The notes below the pieces were generated by a model. The model saw only the letters and a program-made list of their open reading frames with translations, had not been told where the DNA came from and searched no databases. 64,000 nt of DNA from Epithemia pelagica (taxonomy: Eukaryota > Protista > Bacillariophyta). The position numbers and the translations under genes are program-made. Every line of letters begins with the position of its first letter. Positions within the stretch are counted from its first letter, which is position 1. Positions 10,549-22,874 of the stretch are shown in pieces. The stretch is taken from positions 1,984,001 through 2,048,000 of the forward strand of contig OX337242.1 of the NCBI GenBank assembly GCA_946965045.2, read 5' to 3'.

Positions 10549-10598
10549 CATATCCCCTCCCTTTGTTTCAAAATTCATGACGGAGACGGATCATCACC

Positions 10599-13500
10599 AT
10601 GATGAAGGGGACCAACCGTCCACAAGAAGAAGCGCACGTAGATGTGGCAACCTTGCGATTGGACATGATTCGATTGATCGAAGTTCCGGCTCCACATGAA
10701 AACAATCACCAGGACGAACAACCGTCGGCTTTCGTATCCGCATCCTCCTCCAAGTCTCTTGCGGGAGCCGGAACGAGTCCCCCCGTTGCGAACCAAAGTG
10801 GCGTGGCATCTACTGCTGGACCTGGACTCAAAGTGCCCTTTTCGATGGGGACTCGAACAGAGAGTTTCGTTCGAAACGACGTACCAAAGAAGAGGATCAA
10901 GAATGATAAACCTACGTCATCCACCTCAGTCGCTCCACGCCACAAGAGAATACTGTATTGGCCATGTTTACTGTTTCGGAATCAGCGCCAGATGATGGAC
11001 ATTTGGGACAAATACCAAGACTTGTATTTTGGACCATCCATTGCGAGAAACAACAACAATCATCAGCTCCTCTCAGCACGGGACCAAGAGGACGCGGATG
11101 CAGCCGAACGACGAGAAAAGCGGCATATTAAAGATGCTATGGAATACGAATACGCTTTGCACATGTTGGAAGCTTCGTCGTCCAATCTCATGTACAACCC
11201 TAACGACGATATGGTCGCCTTGTTACTGGGGCCTCAAGACGAAGCGGGGACGCCCTTTCGAATGAATGCACGTTCGATACCGCGCACCCTGTATGCCTCG
11301 CAATATTCGCCACATAGTGGCTTGCCACTTCATTTCTTTCATCTTCCCCTGACATGTTGGTTACGGTCTTGGGAGAATCATACAATGCCAAAGCAGCAGC
11401 CGCCACAGTCGTCTCTGGATCTTGGTTCGAAGGGAGTCCAAGACACGGTCCGACAAATCCAACAATTGTACCAACACGTGTTGACCGGCCAAGCCCAGAA
11501 TCCTATCGTGACCAATTCACAACAACAACAAGCCACTTTGTCCTCTGTTCGTTCGGCGCCCCTCTCTGCAGTGGCACAGCCATTATTGTCCTCCAATCAT
11601 TCCAAACAACCTGCCGAAACCGATGCCGTTCCGTGGTATCTGCGAACGCCATCGGATGATGAAGACGACGACGATGATGATAAAGTGAAACTGGAGGACA
11701 ACCCTCAGATCCTGCGAACAACGATATCAAACGCCGCAGTACCCGCCGCAGCCACCACAACACCGTGCCATGGTTTGAGTGACACAACCCCACACATGAC
11801 AGACTACAAGTCGCCTCGTCCACCATCCACAAGCTTGACTAGAATCGAAGATGCAATTCCGAACAAAGTGCAGAGTGAGCCAACAGTGAATACTCCAGTG
11901 AATCCTGTCACACCATCAACGGTATCCAGCATGGGTGGAGTAGAAACACCTGGTTCCTCAACAAGGAATCCAATCACACCATTTTCATGTAGGAGTGGAG
12001 TACTAGACCAACCTTGTTCCTCAACGCTTGAATCTTGTCCACAAGTTGCTTTACAGGAATTCAAACAAACTCAAAGAAAGTTGAGCTTTGGAGAGGAAAG
12101 CCAAGATGACGACAAAGAAGTTGTCAAACCAGAAACGAAGAAACGGAAAATATATGGGGATGATACTACTTCGATGATGGAAACAAGGTCGGACTCAAAG
12201 ACAAAGGCAAGAAAAAAGGAAGTTTGGGACGACAGTAGTGATGAAGGTGATGAAATGGATCAGGTTCCCTATGCACTGCCTGCCAAAGATCAAGCCTTGC
12301 AACGCATTCTGAAGCGCGATGCCGGATTTGAATTTCAGTTGCTCCCGCATCAATTTGAAGCAGTCCGACGAGTCGCTGGTGTACCGGAGGAGTTTCCTCT
12401 CCACTCGGCGTCTCGTGTGCACGATCCACGACAGGCCCGCTTATCGTCGGCCGTTGCCGGTCTGTATCGCCCCGAAAATGTACCCGACACACGGGGACTT
12501 TGCATTGCGGATGCCATGGGATTGTACGTATATGAAAAGTCTCTCTGACATTCTGCGTCGGATTCATGCTACTAACAACTTTTTCTCTTCATGTATATTG
12601 ACAGGGGGAAAACGGTTGAAGCCAGTAAGTGACCATAAAATTACGGGCAAAACTGAACTCATTCATTCACTCATTGGTTTGATCCATTTTTGTTTCGAAA
12701 GTTGCTGGAGCCATTCTTCGGGATGCCATCTCGGTCACAAAGGGAGAGAAACGTCTACCCATTTTGATAGTCTCTCCGAATGATGCTGTACAAAACCAGT
12801 GGAGAGATACACTGCTGCAAAATGGCGTTGCAGCTCGTCGAATTATATGGTTTAACAAAGGCATGACAAAGGGCTTTGGATCCAACAATTTCGTTTTGCT
12901 GACACGCTACACAGCGCAATCGGAAATCAAGATGGTTTTCGAAAGCCTGGCGGATCAGCAAGGCTCTCATGTACCATGTCGGCAGCCCCGAAAATCCCCA
13001 TTGTTCCCGCATTTGACAGAAAATCTAGCGCGAGTACTGGAAAACGAATACGCATCTGCCAAAGGCAAACGAAGATCGTTAAAACATACGAATGAAAATA
13101 GGGAAGATTGCGTCACTCGGCTTATCCGGAAAGATATGAAGGAGTGGACACGGAATAAAAATGCGTTCCGTATGATGATCATTGATGAAGCCCACTTTTT
13201 GAAGGTAAAACGGAGAACATTGGAATGTGCGTTTTCATGTTGACACGGTCTACTTACAGTGTGATTTACGTTCTGAAATTGCTTGTCTTTTGTTCAGAAT
13301 CGACTTACTTTCTGGACAATGGCATGTGCACTTGCTGCGATGCATTCATGGCGGGTGGTGCCTTTGACTGGAACCCCGTATAACAATGGAGTGAACGATC
13401 TTGGAACGTTGATGACCCTTATCGATTCGGCCCACGAGGCATCCATGACGTCTTGGTGGGAACGGGTCCTCCGGCGAAATCCAACAATGATTCAGGAATC

Positions 13501-15112
13501 CACTGGTTTGTGGCACAAAGAGTACATATTGCGAAGGGGTAAGAAAGCCATTGAACATTTGCTGCCCGCAAAAATCACGGCACGAAAGCTCGTCCCAATT
13601 GTTGCGAATGAAATCCAGATTTACAGACTCTACGAAGACAGGCTCGCGGATGTCCTCCAGGAGTTTGCCGATGAGATCAAGGAAGGTGGTGAAGATGCTT
13701 TCCGACTTCGTAGTATGTTCCAAGTCATGATGGCTGTCATGAGTTGTATGCGCATGTCACTGACTCATCCCCTTCTGCCGGCTTCGGGTCGAGAATTGAC
13801 CAAGCGCTTTAGTCCATCCAGGAGTAAGTCATTGTCACCATATGATTGTCCGATAAAGTGTGTATGTTGTCAGGAAGGATTGCGCCCCTCAATTCCACTC
13901 AAGACAAAACAAGAGTGGAACAATGAGTGCAGCATGGCGGCACCTAATAGCAGTTCCTCAGGGGCGACATCGAACCCTGACAAAATGGAAGAAGGTGAAA
14001 ACTACAAAGACGATACAGAGGAGGCCCTTCAGAAGGATTGCCGTCCAGTGTTTGAGATACCAAAATCGGTTTGTAATGCCAAACCTCCTGTTGTGCATTA
14101 TGCACACACTGACTGCATTGAAGAGCTCAAGGCGGAACAGGCCAGAACAGGTGCGACTATCACATGCCCTCGCTGTCTCGACTTTCAAAACCGAGTCAAG
14201 CCAACGTGTACTCAATCGTCTTCTACCAAATATTATTGCAAGAATGTGCTCCCGGAGTTCCCAAATGGATTTGTTGGCTCTCCCAAGTTGGATGCTGCGG
14301 TGGAATGGGCATTGGCAGTACCCAAATCGGACAAGATGTTGATTGTGAGTTTCTTTAAAGGGAGTTTGGACTTGATGGAAGCCATTCTGGTGCACGACTT
14401 GGAGTGGAAATGTGCGCGGTTTGATGGCGACGTGAGTACGCAAACAAAGAATGAAGAACTGCGTCGCTTCAAGACGGATCCGTCCTGTCGAGTGTTACTC
14501 ATGACGGTACAAAGTGGGGGAGTCGGTTTGAATATCACCGAAGGCAACCACATTGCATTTCTGGATCGTTGGTTCAACCCATTTGTCCATCAACAGGCGG
14601 AAGACCGATGCCATCGCCTAGGTCAGACCAAGAAAGTGACGATACAGTATTTTGATTGTGCAGCAACCATTGATGAAGTCATGAATGCGATCAACAAGGT
14701 GAAACAGCAAAACTCTGCTATTTTATTGGCCGATGGAGTGGAACTGGGGACATCGGGAGGGAATGTCTCGTATACGGAACTGTCGGGATTGGTGCGTCGC
14801 TTGTTGGCGCTCATCCAAAACCATCGCAAAGCCTTTTTACGGGATACCAACAATGAAAATCTCCCGATCCCTCCCATCCCCGACACTGTCATGGAAGGCT
14901 GTGTGAACCGCCACCGGGAAGGAAAAGCCGCATGCCAAGCTCACGTGGAAAATCGAGATCGCGGCAAGATGGAGCGGACTAGCGCTTCGCATCATGCATC
15001 GATTTCTGTATCTGCATCGATATCTGTGTCGATTTCTGTATCTGTCACGGCCTCAAGTCAATCAACGGCAGTTCCAGAAACTCAGTCGTCAGGAGCCATG
15101 TACAACCATTGA
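10599..15112 (+). CDS. SNF2-family helicase (RAD5/RAD16-like, Cys/His finger between the lobes); 4 exons: 10599-12523, 12605-12624, 12702-13204, 13298-15112
   Basis: Splicing GT..AG introns at 12524-12604, 12625-12701 and 13205-13297 gives CIADAMGL-GKTVEA-I...IIDEAHFLK-NR. Further motifs: PLTGTPYNN, RFDG, GGVGLN, QAEDRCHRLGQ. Confidence 0.9.
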
Positions 15113-17040
15113 GCAAGATTAAGACTATTGCTGTTCCAGTTTTGAATCGGTGGTTGATACCGAAGCATTTTATATTTCTTATTTCGTGTGACCAGAAGCG
15201 CATGGCTAAGTACGCCGTTTCCCTGTCGCATGGGGCTTACGTTTGTTCATTCATCGCACGGCCAACTTCTGACAAAGCAAGAAGGAACAGCTTCCATTTC
15301 TTCAGCACGCGAGGGTTCATCACATAGGAAACGTGAGTTGATGAATGTTACCGTACTCTAGGAGACGTTCTCCAACAGCTCAGCCCAGCCCGTTTTATGA
15401 ATCAAGGCTGTGGATCATGGTATTGTCCGCTCCTGAGAGAGCCTGGCGAGACAATCGCTGTCAAGAGCCAATGACGGGAATAGGGGGCATTGTTCAACGG
15501 GGACACAAGGTAAGTGGATATTTCACTTTTCAATCAAGATAATCCAAAAGGCTATGATTGGTCAATCTCCTTAAAAGGCGATCTTTCTGTTGCGGGGTTT
15601 GTCGTAGAATCATCCTATTGGTTCATCTGTTAAACGAGGTTTGTGAGAGAGGATGAGATTACTCTTGTCTCCAGCCCTTGTTAGTAGGTGTACCTGATTG
15701 GGTGTAACATGCATATCTAGGTAGCTCGGAAGGAAACTCATGCCATGCGGGAATACATGCGACGAAAAAGTATCGACTTTCATTGGTTGATCCCGTCCAT
15801 GTCCCTGGGTGGCATTGCCTCTCCATGTGATATGACCAGAAAAACTACGGTCGACTTTGGGATGTGGGTAGCGACCCTAGCGACTGGTCTGTGAACAATT
15901 TGACGGGATTGGGACATGCAAGATTCCACGGATGGTTGCCCAAGCGGTTTTGATTTACTGTATGAGATTGTGTACTAGCTGGCACGCAACGTGTAAACCG
16001 CGAGATAACTGCCGTGGAGAATGACCCCCACCCGGACATCGTGACGTGGAGAGAAACTTCCGCCGACCACCAACCAAGAAAACCAAGGGACTCAATCCAG
16101 TAGAAACGATTGGGCCTAACTGATGATCTGTCGTTGAGAGAAGCACTCTGAATTTTTCAATTAAAAAGCGTTACGCCATCATCGCTTCACATACGTATTT
16201 AGGGCTTAACGGTTATCGTAGCGTTGGAACGGATGAGTCGCCCTATGCAAAACGCACCCTACGAGATAATAAAATGTCAGGAATGGGGCATGCGCTCCAA
16301 CGGCAAGTCGAGCCACCCAAGTGTGTCCCCTCGAATTGACACTGTATGGTTGCTGGCCAAATTTTGGGACCAGCCATCACAATGTAGTGTAGCTTCTCGA
16401 CGCAGCAGCTTTTTGGACAAATTCTGTGGTTCGGCGGCCGCTGCCACCACACAACATCTTCCAGTGTTGGCTGCGACACATCATCTTCCTCCATCACACT
16501 TTTTCATTCGCTGGGTGGCAAGTGTCTCGCGTGGTGGATATTTTGTCTGGACAGTTTTGGTGGAGTCGCTTTGCGAGAGTTCCTCTTTGAAAGTATTCCG
16601 TCCGAGTTTTAGGTTCTGTTTGCTGGGAACTCCATTGCAGAAGAGAGTATTGTAGTCTGCAGTTGGGTTGCTCGCTTTGGAGAACGAAGGTGCCAAATCG
16701 TGTTTGGACAAAGGTCAAGTTTTCTCGCTGGATTGTTTGTCCCCTGAAACGTGTGTGTGTGGTGGTGCGTGCGGAAGCAAACACAACCCCTCTCTCGCCA
16801 TTTCATTCTTGTTCGTCGGTTCCAAGAAACGGTGGTAGATCGATTTCGTATCCACGCAACCAACCAAACAGGCGTGATTGAGTTTTTTTGGGGCTGTTGC
16901 GCAAGCCACTTGAGAAACCCAACCCACTTATTTCTCTGGAAAACCATCCTTCTCGCACACCTTTGTGTTCGTGTGGGAACGCATAAAAACTGGCAAGTGC
17001 TGGTGTGATTCCTTGGACTGATTCCAATTTCTCGTATACC

Positions 17041-18327
17041 ATGAGACTCCGCCGCACTGGATCCACCGTCTCTTCGGAACCTCCAAGTCCCATGAATGCC
17101 TTGAAGAAGCGACCTCCTGTAATGACTCTCACTGGACCGCAGCAAGATGCTACAACGACGACTACGAGACGAAATTCGGATGTGAATCGTCGTCGCCGGT
17201 CTTCCAGTGTGGCCTCGCCTCGTCGCAGTAAGAACCCTGCAGGGTTGCGGAGTCACAGCCAAAGCAGACCTGGTCCGGACAAGGACCATAAGAAACTCAG
17301 TAGTGGCACGGAAAAGAAACATTCCGTGACACGTCGTCGGCGACGCTCCATGACCGGAAGTGGACACGGTGGCAGCAAGTCGTCTTCCTTGGCCAGCAAC
17401 AGTTTTCGAACCGTGCAGACGGTGGCTAGCACCGAATCGAGTTGGAGTCCTTCCAGTGAGGCCAATGTGCCAAGAGGAGACAAAGAGCCGCATGACATCT
17501 TTTCTCCAAGAAACAACACAGCAAGCCTGTCCTCGTCTCAGGGATCGGCCCAAGAAAAACGCAAAACGAGCCCTCCCAAAGAACTGACCTTGCCTCCCCT
17601 GGAGAAAATTGCCACCAAGAAAACTCAACCAGAGCCATCGATTAAGGAAGAGCCTTGCGAGCACACGGCCGCTGTGATTCGAGAAGAAGAAGCATCCCTG
17701 GAGCGATTTCAGCAAATGCTGCAACGCGATGATTTGACTTCCATTGATCAGATCAACTTGTTGTATGCACTCGGTCGCTTATCGGCCAAAATGGGACGCT
17801 ACGAACAAGCCTTGGAATATCACCAAGCCGAGTTGGAACTGACACAAGAGGTTGTCGATGAAACGGCGAAACAAGGAACAGTGGGTGCTGTAGTGGTTGC
17901 CAAGAATGCGGAAGGAGGAGAGGAACCGGAAGCAGCCCACGAAAATGATGCCGTGGCCCGTGTTTTGGATGGTATGGCTCGAATTGCCAAACAGGGGTTG
18001 GGAAATTTGGATTTGGCCATGAATTATCACAAGGAAGCCATGAAAATTCGTCAGGCTCTCCATGGCCGCATCTTGGAAGAAACGAAACAGTGTCGTCACT
18101 GTGCCAGTCGCCGTCAAACCCATGGTAGCGCTGCATTTTGTCGGATGCACGGACGTGCCTTGCGTGACACGGTCAAGACCATGGAAGAGACGAAGCAAAA
18201 TATGGGACGGATATTGTTTGAACAGGGTCAAGTCAATCAGGCAGTCCAATTGATCACCAAGCTGGCGCCGCCTTCGTCCGCACCGTCCATGCCGCCAGCG
18301 TCACCGCAACCCGTATCATGGCACTGA
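17041..18327 (+). CDS. TPR-repeat protein with Ser/Arg-rich disordered N-terminus
   Basis: TPR-like helices LLYALGRLSAKMGRYEQALEYHQ, VARVLDGMARIA...AMNYHKEAMKI, NMGRILFEQGQVNQA. Confidence 0.7.
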   Translation: MRLRRTGSTVSSEPPSPMNALKKRPPVMTLTGPQQDATTTTTRRNSDVNRRRRSSSVASPRRSKNPAGLRSHSQSRPGPDKDHKKLSSGTEKKHSVTRRRRRSMTGSGHGGSKSSSLASNSFRTVQTVASTESSWSPSSEANVPRGDKEPHDIFSPRNNTASLSSSQGSAQEKRKTSPPKELTLPPLEKIATKKTQPEPSIKEEPCEHTAAVIREEEASLERFQQMLQRDDLTSIDQINLLYALGRLSAKMGRYEQALEYHQAELELTQEVVDETAKQGTVGAVVVAKNAEGGEEPEAAHENDAVARVLDGMARIAKQGLGNLDLAMNYHKEAMKIRQALHGRILEETKQCRHCASRRQTHGSAAFCRMHGRALRDTVKTMEETKQNMGRILFEQGQVNQAVQLITKLAPPSSAPSMPPASPQPVSWH

Positions 18328-18634
18328 ACAATTGCTCTACAAGAATGATACCATACAGCTAAAGACACTATAATAGAAAAGAAATGTATTGGAAGAGTGA
18401 CTTGTTTTAGAGAACAACACAGACCAAGATTCAACATCAATCACTACTGTTGCAGTTTCATTTGTCGATATCCGATGATTGCATCGATGACGTGTCAGAG
18501 ACCGAGCATGCTCATATCTATATCCAGAAGCATCTCGCCTTTCGTGGTGGAACGGTCCAACCTTTAGGACGACGGTTGCCATGGTGAGGCTCACCACAAC
18601 CAACCAGTCAAGATCTGCCAACGCTTGTCATGTA

Positions 18635-19870
18635 TCAGTGTCCTTCATCAGACTCTTTCGTGACAATGCGACAAGCCCTCCAACATGCCAGGAAGGTGGG
18701 TCGTCCTTCTTTCCAGCCCTTGAGTTCGTAGGCACTAACTGCAGGAAGCCAGTCCATGCGATTGACATTTTCAATTCGTTCCCAACAAACTTGTTGTTGT
18801 TGCTCCTCCCGTTGCTGGTCATTGTGTTGTTGTACAATGTGTTGGGCCCACTCAAAGAATCCGGCATGATCCGTGGCCAAACACAAGAGTCCAATGTCTG
18901 GTACCAAGACGCGATGAAATTCCTGGACCGTATCTAGTTGAAACAGTCGATTGGAGATATTGCTGCTGGCTGGAAAGGGATCGGGGAAGGTCACGAGTAA
19001 TCGGTGGACAGAATGAGAGGCTGCATTGGTACTCAACAACTTGATTCCATCCCCTCGATAGATTCGGACATTGCGATAGGGATCGGAGTTTTTCTCGGAA
19101 CTCCATTCCTCTTTTGCAGCTTTATCCACGTGTGGAAATTCAATGGCCTTGGTCGATGAAGGAGGCAACATATCTTGTGCTTTTGTGGCAGGACGTGTTT
19201 GTTCCAGCGGTGAATTGTCAGGTTGATTTTGTTGTTGTTGTTGTTGTTGCTGCTGTACTTGCTCCATGGTCAAATCTTCTCCATAGGTGGAGTAGCCCAC
19301 CCAAAAAGCGTGATGTTGATTGACAGCATGATCCAGTTTACTAAAAATGTTTCCCACCGCCACTTGATGAATTTCGGCACCAATCAAATACAAGGGTGGG
19401 TTTTGACCATGGTAGCGATGAGCCAAGGCCAGCAAGTTTTCTCCCCTACCACATCCAATTTCAATCCACACGATGCGATCAGGAGCATCATCATCATTCT
19501 CACTCGGATGATCATGTTCCCTGGTTTCTATAGTGGAGGATTCCCCGTTTCCCGCTTCAAGATCACTTTTGATTGCTGAAGCCTTGTCTATTGAGTCATC
19601 CGAAGGCAGTGGACCGAATATTTCATCCCAGTTTCGTGACAAGTGAACGCCATAGGGCAAATGGGAGGGACGATTGAACTGATATGCGCCCATGGCGCGT
19701 ATCGATCGTCTCTGTCCCTTGGTGGCTCGACTGCCTGCCAATTTTTTCCACCAAGCAGGCTTGGAGCTTTCATACGAGTGCGAGCCCATGGTTCTCTCCA
19801 GATCAAACGTTGAAAGGACCAAAGGTGAGTGTCGCAACAAACAACGCCTCGACGACAAACTCACAACCAT
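18635..19870 (-). CDS. trmB: tRNA (guanine-N7)-methyltransferase (TrmB-like)
   Basis: WIEIGCGRGENL, IGAEIH, VTFPDPFP, LCLATDH motifs; polyQ insert. Confidence 0.85.
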   Translation of the reverse strand: MVVSLSSRRCLLRHSPLVLSTFDLERTMGSHSYESSKPAWWKKLAGSRATKGQRRSIRAMGAYQFNRPSHLPYGVHLSRNWDEIFGPLPSDDSIDKASAIKSDLEAGNGESSTIETREHDHPSENDDDAPDRIVWIEIGCGRGENLLALAHRYHGQNPPLYLIGAEIHQVAVGNIFSKLDHAVNQHHAFWVGYSTYGEDLTMEQVQQQQQQQQQNQPDNSPLEQTRPATKAQDMLPPSSTKAIEFPHVDKAAKEEWSSEKNSDPYRNVRIYRGDGIKLLSTNAASHSVHRLLVTFPDPFPASSNISNRLFQLDTVQEFHRVLVPDIGLLCLATDHAGFFEWAQHIVQQHNDQQREEQQQQVCWERIENVNRMDWLPAVSAYELKGWKEGRPTFLACWRACRIVTKESDEGH

Positions 19871-20118
19871 CTCAAGAGATGTGTCAGTTTTTTCTCAAAC
19901 GAAATCCTCATAATTTTCAGAAACTTGCCAATTGCCAAAACTCGCTCCGACCTCACTATAGTTGTTTTAGTAGGTATGGAGATCTCCATCGATTTTTACT
20001 TGTTTTACAGTTTATGCGCGACCGAATCGCGGTCACAGAAATATGAGAATGAATGGACGCAGTGCTCCCGATGACAACAGACATGAGCGATGCCCCTAGA
20101 GATTCTCTTCCATGAACC

Positions 20119-20502
20119 ATGTCCAACAGTCCTCCTATTGTTAGTCCGAAACGAAGCCCTCAGCAACAACCACAAGCAAAGCCACACAAGCGGCTGGTGA
20201 CTGGAAAACGCAAGGCATGGAAACGTCGAGTGCAACGAGGTGAATTGGCCAAGGGTGCTGGAGGCGCCATTTGTCGTCACCGGCCGCGGTTGGGGCGCCG
20301 CGGTCCAGACCTCATTCTCAATCGCAAAGGATTCATTGCCGGTGGTAATCCTAAAAAGAATAAAAAGAGAAGGACGGAAAACAATTCGCATGTCCCAGAT
20401 GCGAAGGAAATAGAGGCAAACAACACAAAGGCCGACGAGGAAAAATACGTGACCACCATGCAAGATGAATCTGCAGAATTACATGACGAAATGGAAGAGT
20501 GA
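20119..20502 (+). CDS. Small basic (K/R-rich) hypothetical protein
   Basis: ATG-initiated 127-aa ORF in a gap between genes; no motif recognised. Confidence 0.35.
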   Translation: MSNSPPIVSPKRSPQQQPQAKPHKRLVTGKRKAWKRRVQRGELAKGAGGAICRHRPRLGRRGPDLILNRKGFIAGGNPKKNKKRRTENNSHVPDAKEIEANNTKADEEKYVTTMQDESAELHDEMEE

Positions 20503-20856
20503 CCGATATTCGCATGGATGGGATTATGTCAGAGTTTTGGATATTCATTTTTTTCACGTGATTGACTCATTCACACCTCAATGTTCAATGATAAGATCAT
20601 GTTCGGCGCAACCTACTATGCCAATAAAGGAAAGCAGCATAACCAGTGGCGAAATGCATGAAACATGCAATCAGACCGGAATAGTTCTGCTATTCGTTGC
20701 GTCATGAACAAATGAAACTGAGAATGTAAAAACTCTACTTATGTTTACTGTTCCCCCGTAAACACGATGAAATATGTCTCTAAACTATGTAATATGTACG
20801 GCGATGAAATGCCAAGGACTGAAAGGTGCGTTGTAGGTACCCACCTGGTTCCACCT

Positions 20857-22349
20857 TTACGGAAGCATGACCTGATTGACAACATGAACAACGCCATTAC
20901 AGGTCTCGATATCTTTTTGTTGAATCAATGGCATTTTACCTCGAGAGTTTCGGGCACCCTTTTGATACAGACGATGTGGTCCCTCGCAGACGGTCCGACT
21001 CTTTTCACCATTGAGCATGGTCAGAAGCTGTGTACATTCCAGGTAAGAAGCATACCAGATTCCCTCCGCTCCATGAAACAAGAGAAGGTATTCCAAGGAG
21101 ATGGGATCGGCCAAAATTCCTTGGAGAGCTTCCTGTGGAAGATTACTAAACGCAGCATCGGTGGGGGCAAAAACTGTGTACTTCTTGTCTGTTGCATTCA
21201 AAGTCTCTTTGAGTCCAGCGATTCCAAGGGCTTGGCAAAGCGTCTGATGGACTGGGGATGTACAAATGGTTTCGGTAATCGTCTGGCAATCCTGTATCTT
21301 GGGAATCATGACTTCACTAACCACATGAACGACTCCATTGCATGCTTTCTTGTCCGTATCAATGATCTGAGGTCTTTTCTCATCAGAATTGCCATTTCCT
21401 TTTTGAAACACTTTATTCTCGCGACAGACGGTGCGACTGTCAATACCATTCGACATTGTTAGAAGATCCTTGCAGATCAGATCTGTGCCATGTACAGCCC
21501 CTCTGGTTGTATGGAACAATAACAGGTCGGTCAACACGGGAATGTTCTCCTGTAGTGCATCAAGCGTGCCATCGGGTAGACTGGCAAAGGCAGCGTTTGT
21601 CGGTGCAAAGACGGTAAACTCGTCCGGTCCATTGAGGACGTCCGCCAGCCCTGCTGCTTTCACGGCGGCACAAAGTGTGGAAAAGGTAGGCGAACCGCAA
21701 AGAATCTTCGTAATACTAGAACATTGTTGGGGTGGGGTAACTGGATGTACAGGGTGAGGAAGCAGAACTTGATTTACCACATGCACAACTCCGTTGCATG
21801 CATCCTGGTTCGGAGAGACAATCTCTGGCATTTTTAGAGGGGAATTGCCGTTTCCTTTTTGATAGGTTTTTGGACCTCGGCAGACTGTTCGACTATCCCA
21901 TCCATTCGCCATTGTCATGAGACCGGTGCACTGAAGCTCTGTCCACGATACTTTGGTCTCCACCACATGAAAATACAGAATGTCTTTCAAGGCTTCCGGT
22001 TCCTTCAAAAGAGCGTCGAGTACGCCGTGGGGAAGGCAGCTGAACGCTTCATCAGTCGGTGCAAAAACAGTGAGCTGTTTGGTATCCGACGAAAAATAGT
22101 CCGTCAAACCTGCAGTTTGAATGGCAGTGCAGAGCGTAGAAAAGCCATCTGTGTTGCAGGCAATATCAGCAATACTAGAACAGCCGGTTTGGGCAAACGA
22201 AAATTTGGAAGAACTCAACAGAAACGTGATACTTTGAAGGAAAAAGAAAAGCCACAAAGTGTCAGTGGTTACGGTCTCGTAGATAAGGATCTATGCATGA
22301 AACCATGGACGTACCTGAAGAGTGTGCTGTAAAGTTTGGTGCTTGTCAT
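20857..22349 (-). CDS. Secreted triple-fasciclin (FAS1) protein; exons 22349-22315 and 22231-20857
   Basis: Three TVFAPT(D/N)xAF ... CNGVVHVV units. An intron at 22232-22314 (GTACGT..AAAG) joins MTSTKLYSTLF-SITFLLSSSKFSFA into a signal peptide. Confidence 0.9.
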
Positions 22350-22874
22350 CATTGCGAGTAATTGAGGAGTCACAAAGGAGTGTATTCTTCTCACTTCGAG
22401 TCTGATGTTATGAGCGGATAAGAGAGGACAGACTTCTTTCTTGTCCACATCATACTCAATCTGGCACAAGAATGGATCAATCACTCAAGAACCGGTCCAC
22501 GAAGAAATTGTTAGAACAAAAGCTCACCCCAATCCCCCAAGAGGACCCATTCAATTATAACAAGACCAAAAGTAATTTTACTGTAGTTCGGGGAATCGTA
22601 TGTGCCACAAAATAAAACTTGTAGGACTAAATCACCTGTCCCGACTTGAATAATTAACTCATTTTGGTCCTGGTCGTGGTAATGGCGACCCTTACGAGTA
22701 TGTCCGCGCTTGCAAGCAATTGCGGTTGTTTCAAGTTGGTCCAGAAACTGCCCGTTGAGAGTTGAAATAAAAGATCCACAAAAACAAGTCTTCGATGGAA
22801 ATCTATTTTACGTTTAGTATCATGGATCATGGATCGATTTCCTTTCGTCTCAACAATTTGTATATATTCATGTT

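Noticed and set aside
14995-15050. Repeated atcgatttctgtatctg near the SNF2 C-terminus (SISVSASISVSISVSV)
   Set aside because: Short in-frame slippage repeat in a disordered tail; no evidence of function.
19205-19250. (GTT/CAA)n microsatellites here and at ~2688, 39163, 43422 and 57483
   Set aside because: Ordinary polyQ/N/T low-complexity coding, common in this type of genome.
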